A DNA stretch of 64,000 nt, taken from contig JBFHER010000001.1 in assembly GCA_041584055.1 (NCBI GenBank), positions 17,143 through 81,142 of the forward strand, in the 5' to 3' direction. The notes beneath the pieces were generated by a model. The model was given only the letters and a program-made list of their open reading frames with translations. It made no database searches and was not told the origin of the DNA. Numbering within the stretch: the first letter of the stretch is position 1; each line of letters begins with the position of its first letter. The translations under genes were made by a program, and so were the position numbers. Positions 58,867 through 64,000 of the stretch are shown in pieces. Origin of the DNA: Bacteroidales bacterium (GTDB lineage: Bacteria > Bacteroidota > Bacteroidia > Bacteroidales > UBA5342).

Positions 58867-61173
58867 ATGAGTAATTTTAAGTCTTTAATTCCGGGCATAT
58901 GGCTATTTCTTTTGTTATTAAGTGCTTGTAACGAAAAAAGTAAAGTCCCTGAAAACAACGTACAGTGGCCTGAATTTATGGCCCAACACGATCTGGTATG
59001 GGAAGAAATTCCTTTGCAATGGAACGAAGGCGCTTTTACAGGAAACGGGCAGGTGGGAATGATGATTTATGCCACAATGAAAGATAATCGCCTTGATTTT
59101 CATATGGGGCGTCAGGATGTGACCGATCATCGCAAAGCTCCTGATAAGAAAACATCCATGGGCGTGAAAGGAGCTGATTTAATGGATCACTCCCGGCATG
59201 ACATTGGCAGAATGTATCTTCGGCCGGCAGGAACAATACTATCCATGAAGGTGCGTCAACACCTTTGGAATGCAGAAGTAAGAGGAACCATCGTAACCGA
59301 TCTCGGTGAATTAACCTTCCGGGCGTTTACACCTTATGATCGCATGTTAAATGTAGTTGAGGTGCAATCAACAGAAAAAAAGGATGGGAAATCACTTGCT
59401 TACAGCTGGGAATGGAAGGCCGGAAACCCAATTTCGCCGCGGGCGCTGGCAATGCCCGACAGATATCCTGACATTGCATTGAACCCCAGGCCAGTAGTGT
59501 TAAAAAAAGGTGATATGAATGTTTGTGTGCAGGCCTTAAACGCAGGCGGTGATTATGCAACAGTCTGGAAAGAAAATAAAAATTCTGATACAGCTTCCAC
59601 CATGTACCTTTCTATAGCCAATGAAATTCCAGCATCCGGGGAATCGGAAAAAGTGGCCACGAAGACGGTAAACGATGCAGCTGCTGTCTCCATTTCTGAC
59701 ATTGAAAAAAAACATAGGAGTTGGTGGCACAGTTATTTTCAAAAATCATTTTTATCAATGCCTGATGGAAGAATGGAGTCCTTCTACTGGATACAGGTGT
59801 ATAAAATGGGCGTTTGTTCAAGAGCCGACGGACCTGCCCTGGATTTAAATGGTCCCTTTTTAAAAGTAACATCCTGGCCAGGTCTGTGGTGGAACCTGAA
59901 TGTGCAATTAACATACTGGCCTTTTAATACAAGCAACCACTTAGATATTGCAGAAAATTATATAAATCTAATTGATGATTACGGAGCACAGATGCTTAAA
60001 AATCGTTTTAGTGGATCTTCTTTGGGTGATTATGCCTGGGCATTGCAAAACTACTGGTTGTATTACCGTTACAAAGGCGATTGGGAAGCGATTCAGAGAA
60101 AATGGGTTCCCAAAGCCATGGAGGTTGCTAAAATTTACGAAGGAAAGCAGGTTAAAAACGATAGGGGTCAGATTGAACTGATTGCCATGGGCTCCCCTGA
60201 ATACCATGGATTTAAATCATTTAAAAATACGAATTACAACCTGGCACTTTTGCGTTGGTTGTTAAACGCTTTAATTGAGTCAAACGAAAAGGCCGGGACA
60301 AATGCCGGTGACCTTGTAAAGTGGAAACAAACGCTCGAAGATTTAATCGCCTATCCGGTAGATGAAAATGGCTTGATGATTGGTAGCGAACAGCCTGTTG
60401 ATATGTCGCATCGACACTATTCGCACCTGCTGGCCTTGTACCCCTTATTTCAGCTTAATCCTGACGCGCCGGACGATCGCGCGCTTGTTGATAAATCGGT
60501 GGTGCACTGGCATAAAATAGAAGGGGGGAAAGGTTTGGCAGGCTATTCATACACGGGAGCGGCTTCATTGTATAATGCCCTGGGCCGTGGAAACGATGCA
60601 TACCCGATCTTGCACCATTTTCTAACAAAACAAATTGGCAAAGGCAGTGCCGTGTTGTTACCCAATACTTTTTATATGGAAGGTTGGGGGAAAAATCCCG
60701 TCATTGAAACGCCACTAAGCGCCGCTTCATCTATCATGGAATTCTTTTTACAAAGCTGGGGTAATAAAATCAGAGTATTTCCTGCTGTTCCCGATGTATG
60801 GGAAGAGGCATCCTTCGATAAGTTGCGGGCACAAGGTGGTTTTTTGGTCAGTGCAGCACGTAGCAATCGTCAAACCAAATGGGTAGCCATCAAAAGCGAG
60901 GCTGGCGAACCCTGTGTTCTTAAAGTGCCGGGTTGGAAGTCTGCAATTCAAATTGGAGGAAGTGAAAAAGTAACCGTGAAAAAAATAGCGGAGGGCGAGT
61001 TTGAAATTGCATTGAATAAAGGACAGGAAATTGTTCTTGCATCGTCAGCAGACATTCAACCGCAGTTAAAACCTGTGGCACACAAACCTACGGAAATAAA
61101 TCTCTATGGCGTAAAAAAAGGAATGAATTATAAGGAGATCATGGAATATGACGTTCAAGAGTATGTTTATTAA
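58867..61173 (+). CDS. GH95-like glycoside hydrolase lipoprotein (alpha-L-fucosidase/alpha-L-galactosidase family)
   Basis: Lipobox 'LLSACNE'. N-terminus 'LVWEEIPLQWNEGAFTGNGQVGMMIY' resembles GH95 'W.EALP.GNG.lG.mv.G'. 'WPGLWWNLNVQLTYWPFN' resembles the GH95 'NINLQMNYW' catalytic Asn-x-Asn segment. 768 aa is typical. Confidence 0.6.
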   Translation: MSNFKSLIPGIWLFLLLLSACNEKSKVPENNVQWPEFMAQHDLVWEEIPLQWNEGAFTGNGQVGMMIYATMKDNRLDFHMGRQDVTDHRKAPDKKTSMGVKGADLMDHSRHDIGRMYLRPAGTILSMKVRQHLWNAEVRGTIVTDLGELTFRAFTPYDRMLNVVEVQSTEKKDGKSLAYSWEWKAGNPISPRALAMPDRYPDIALNPRPVVLKKGDMNVCVQALNAGGDYATVWKENKNSDTASTMYLSIANEIPASGESEKVATKTVNDAAAVSISDIEKKHRSWWHSYFQKSFLSMPDGRMESFYWIQVYKMGVCSRADGPALDLNGPFLKVTSWPGLWWNLNVQLTYWPFNTSNHLDIAENYINLIDDYGAQMLKNRFSGSSLGDYAWALQNYWLYYRYKGDWEAIQRKWVPKAMEVAKIYEGKQVKNDRGQIELIAMGSPEYHGFKSFKNTNYNLALLRWLLNALIESNEKAGTNAGDLVKWKQTLEDLIAYPVDENGLMIGSEQPVDMSHRHYSHLLALYPLFQLNPDAPDDRALVDKSVVHWHKIEGGKGLAGYSYTGAASLYNALGRGNDAYPILHHFLTKQIGKGSAVLLPNTFYMEGWGKNPVIETPLSAASSIMEFFLQSWGNKIRVFPAVPDVWEEASFDKLRAQGGFLVSAARSNRQTKWVAIKSEAGEPCVLKVPGWKSAIQIGGSEKVTVKKIAEGEFEIALNKGQEIVLASSADIQPQLKPVAHKPTEINLYGVKKGMNYKEIMEYDVQEYVY

Positions 61174-61320
61174 CATGAGTGTCTAATAAATAGTATTGTA
61201 GTAAAAATGAACGTACTAAAGTTTCTCTAGCATTGGTGCTTGCGTTTTCATTTCACTCACTGGATTATTCCGATTCCTAAGTGTAAATTCAATCAGTGAT
61301 TTAAAATTGTATCTTGATGA

Positions 61321-61584
61321 TTGTCTTCAACAATAGAGCTAAAACATAAGGTTAAAGGTATTCAATCGTATCCTAACCCTGCAAATCATACTTTGTATAT
61401 AAAAAACATTGAAACAGTGTCAGCAATTATTAATATCTTTGATCTTACGGGTACAAAAATCACATCTGCTCAATTTGATTCGACTTACAATTCAATTGAT
61501 GTTAGTGGTTTATTACCAGGGGTCTATCTGGTTCATATTAAGGATGGAAACAAGATCGTTACGAATAAATTTATAAAAGAATAA
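61321..61584 (+). pseudogene. Orphan T9SS (Por) C-terminal sorting domain; probable remnant of a deleted secreted protein
   Basis: 'YPNPANHTLYIKNI...IINIFDLTGTKI...GLLPGVYLVHIKDGNKIVTNKFIKE' is a complete T9SS CTD with nothing attached. The ORF opens with TTG directly after in-frame TGA TGA. A stranded signal-peptide-like start (ATG 61207, 'MNVLKFL*' then 'ALVLAFSFHS' in another frame) lies 110 nt upstream. Confidence 0.5.
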
Positions 61585-61597
61585 ATATTAAACAATT

Positions 61598-64000
61598 ATG
61601 AGATACGCCTTATTTATCACCATTTCAGTGGCATTCATTTTTTCCGTTTCTACTCACGCACAGACGAATCAAACACATAAGTTTCAGGATACATCGCTGG
61701 ACTTTGAAACCAGGGCAGCAGATCTTGTCATGCAAATGACCCTGGATGAAAAGATTGCAGAGTTAGGAGATCACGCACCTGGAATTCCACGTTTAGGTGT
61801 GCCGGAATACAACTGGTGGAATGAATGCCTGCATGGTGTGGCACGGTCTGGAGAAGCTACTATGTTTCCTCAGGCCATTGGAATGGCTGCGACCTTTGAT
61901 ACCAACATGATGAAGAAAGTGGCCGATGTGATTAGCGATGAAGCACGTGCAAAACATCACGATGCCGTTCGTAAAGGGAATTTCAATAGATACTATGGTT
62001 TGACTTTTTGGTCGCCAAATATCAATATATTCAGAGATCCGCGTTGGGGGCGTGGTCACGAAACATATGGCGAAGACCCTTACCTTACCGGACAAATGGG
62101 CATTCAGTTTGTTAAAGGCTTACAGGGAGAAGATCCCAAATACATGAAACTGGTGGCGACGGCCAAGCACTTTGCCGTGCACAATGGTCCGGAACCGGAT
62201 AGGCACACCTTTAATGTGACACCCAATACGCGCGATTTGTGGGAAACATATTTGCCAGCATTTGAAGATCTGATTGTGGATGCAAAAGCATATTCGATCA
62301 TGGGGGCTTACAATCGGGTAGATGGAGAATCAGCAAGCGCAAGTTGGTTATTGCTTGAAGATATCTTGCGAAATAAATGGAATTTCGAAGGTTATGTAGT
62401 GTCCGATTGTGGTGCGATAAGAGATATTCATGCTTTTCATAAAATTGTGAATACACCCGAAGAAGCTGCAGCAATTGGTGTTCGCAAAGGCTGTGATTTA
62501 AACTGTGGGTCTGTCTACCAAAAGTATTTGAAGAATGCCGTTGAATTGGGCCTGATCGATGAAGGTGAAATCGATTTGTCGGTCTATCGTCTGGTACTGG
62601 CAAAAATGAAATTAGGAATGTTCGATCCGGCAGAGATGGTACCTTACGCAAATATTCCCATGGCGGTTAATGACAGTAAACCACATGATGAAATGGCTCT
62701 GGCCATGGCACAAAAGTCGATGACTTTGTTGAAGAACGATGGAATCCTTCCCTTGAAAAAGAATAAGCTAAAAAGAATCGCTGTGGTTGGACCCAATGCC
62801 AATAGTACAAATGCGTTAAGAGGCAATTACTTTGGAACAGCATCCAACCCTGTTACCGTGATCGATGGTATCAGAAAAGCGGTTGGTAGTGATGTTGCGA
62901 TCACGTATAACGATGGCGTGCCCATGGTGATTTACGACATTTCTGAAAAAGATTTTCCGATGATTGATGCAAAGTACATAACTACTGTTGATGAGAAAGG
63001 GAAAACGGTAGAAGGTTTAACCGGACATTATTTCAATAACATGAACCTGGAAGGCGAAGCCGATTTTATAAGAATAGATCCTCAAGTAAAATTCAAATGG
63101 AGCAAGACAGAATCACCAACATCTACTGAAGTTGCTCAGGGGATTATTACTGCTGATAAAGCGATTCAGAATGATCACTTTTCCATCAGTTGGACCGGAA
63201 AATTACAGGCCCCAATGTCAGGGACATATAAACTGGGAGTTGCTTCAGATGATGGATGTCGCCTTTGGATTGATGGTAAAAAAATTGCCGATGGCTGGCA
63301 TAATCATGGTTTGACGCCCTTTCTGGGAGAGGTACAACTGGAAAAGGGACAATTCTATGCCATTAAAGTTGATTATTACGATAATACTGCTGATGCAGAG
63401 GTGAAACTTATATGGGAAACTCCAGCACATCTTGCGAAAAATACAGTTGATCCTACCGTACTGTCTAAAGAAACCTTAGCAGAGGTTAAAAAGGCAGATG
63501 TGGCCATATTTGTAGGTGGTTTAGACGCCACATGGGAAGGCGAAGAAATGAGAGGACGTGACAATATTGATGGCTTTTATCGTGGTGATCGTACTAAGAT
63601 AGAACTTCCCCAAACGCAAATGAAGGCTCTAAAAGCAATGAAGGAAACCGGAACGCCAGTGGTTTTCGTTCTAATGTCTGGCAGTGCCATGGCGTTTGAT
63701 GGTCTTGAAGAAGATTTAAATGCAATTCTAATGGCCTGGTATCCGGGTCAAAGAGGCGGTGATGCCGTGGCTGATGTGTTGTTTGGTGATTACAACCCCG
63801 CAGGTCGTTTGCCCATTACATTTTATCCATCAACCGATGAATTAGCAGATTTTAAGGACTATAACATGCGTGCCGGAAAAGGTTTTACTTATCGGTATTA
63901 TACTGGTGATGCGCTGTACCCTTTTGGACATGGACTGAGTTATACAACATTTGAATACTCAAATCTGAAAATTGATAAAACATCAGTTCACAGCGATGAT
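61598..64000 (+). CDS. GH3 glycoside hydrolase (beta-glucosidase/beta-xylosidase type) with inserted PA14 domain, 3'-truncated by window edge
   Basis: Absent from the ORF track because no stop is reached. My own translation from the ATG at 61598 gives 'MRYALFITISVAFIFSVSTHAQ..MTLDEKIAELGDHAPGIPRLGVPEYNWWNECLHGVAR'. 'FEGYVVSDCGAI' is the nucleophile Asp context. PA14: 'GLTGHYFNNMNLEG...FSISWTGKLQAPMSGTYKLGVASDDGCRLWIDGK'. The frame stays open for 801 codons to base 64000. Confidence 0.88.
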   Translation, partial: MRYALFITISVAFIFSVSTHAQTNQTHKFQDTSLDFETRAADLVMQMTLDEKIAELGDHAPGIPRLGVPEYNWWNECLHGVARSGEATMFPQAIGMAATFDTNMMKKVADVISDEARAKHHDAVRKGNFNRYYGLTFWSPNINIFRDPRWGRGHETYGEDPYLTGQMGIQFVKGLQGEDPKYMKLVATAKHFAVHNGPEPDRHTFNVTPNTRDLWETYLPAFEDLIVDAKAYSIMGAYNRVDGESASASWLLLEDILRNKWNFEGYVVSDCGAIRDIHAFHKIVNTPEEAAAIGVRKGCDLNCGSVYQKYLKNAVELGLIDEGEIDLSVYRLVLAKMKLGMFDPAEMVPYANIPMAVNDSKPHDEMALAMAQKSMTLLKNDGILPLKKNKLKRIAVVGPNANSTNALRGNYFGTASNPVTVIDGIRKAVGSDVAITYNDGVPMVIYDISEKDFPMIDAKYITTVDEKGKTVEGLTGHYFNNMNLEGEADFIRIDPQVKFKWSKTESPTSTEVAQGIITADKAIQNDHFSISWTGKLQAPMSGTYKLGVASDDGCRLWIDGKKIADGWHNHGLTPFLGEVQLEKGQFYAIKVDYYDNTADAEVKLIWETPAHLAKNTVDPTVLSKETLAEVKKADVAIFVGGLDATWEGEEMRGRDNIDGFYRGDRTKIELPQTQMKALKAMKETGTPVVFVLMSGSAMAFDGLEEDLNAILMAWYPGQRGGDAVADVLFGDYNPAGRLPITFYPSTDELADFKDYNMRAGKGFTYRYYTGDALYPFGHGLSYTTFEYSNLKIDKTSVHSDD

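Noticed and set aside
61793-62826. Series of minus-strand ORFs (100, 65, 117 and 60 aa) listed by the track
   Set aside because: All lie antisense to the continuous 801-codon GH3-PA14 frame, which carries unmistakable family motifs. They are shadow ORFs.
1-64000. Searched by eye for CRISPR arrays, rRNA/tRNA genes, transposases/integrases, phage or defence-system genes, and large direct or inverted repeats
   Set aside because: No regularly spaced repeats, no tRNA-like or rRNA-like conserved strings, and no DDE/tyrosine-recombinase, restriction, toxin-antitoxin or nuclease-type ORFs were seen. Every long ORF has a carbohydrate-utilisation assignment or is an exported unknown. A computational scan (tRNAscan-SE, Infernal, CRISPR finders) would be needed to exclude small RNAs.

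Overview
This 64 kb window is almost entirely one very large Bacteroidota-type polysaccharide utilisation locus (PUL). About 30 long ORFs are present, all but one on the + strand, and most are separated by less than 100 bp.

Gene content:
- Two SusC/SusD outer-membrane transporter pairs, interleaved with three fasciclin (FAS1) lipoproteins.
- Glycoside hydrolases: GH5-like, GH2, GH105, three GH78-type, three GH106-like 'NPP..WW' proteins, a GH59 (galactocerebrosidase-like) chimera, a GH95-like enzyme, a T9SS-secreted GH39-like enzyme, and a PA14-containing GH3 that runs off the 3' end and is missing from the ORF track.
- Seven Cys-type (formylglycine) S1 sulfatases.
- One minus-strand AraC regulator, divergent from a cytoplasmic L-arabinose/L-fucose-isomerase-family gene.
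- Two secreted proteins of unknown function: a 643-aa Tat-signal protein with a Cys cluster, and a 283-aa nucleoside-hydrolase-like protein.

The enzyme set points to a sulfated, rhamnose-rich acidic glycan such as ulvan or rhamnan sulfate, but I see no recognisable polysaccharide lyase. That makes the unknown Tat protein next to GH105 the most interesting gene in the window.

Three decayed gene relics indicate past rearrangement: a GH106-like C-terminal domain, a hybrid two-component sensor N-terminus, and a signal peptide plus orphan T9SS C-terminal domain.

I saw no rRNA, tRNA, CRISPR array, transposase or integrase.

All family calls rest on motif recognition by eye. None has been confirmed by HMM or BLAST search.
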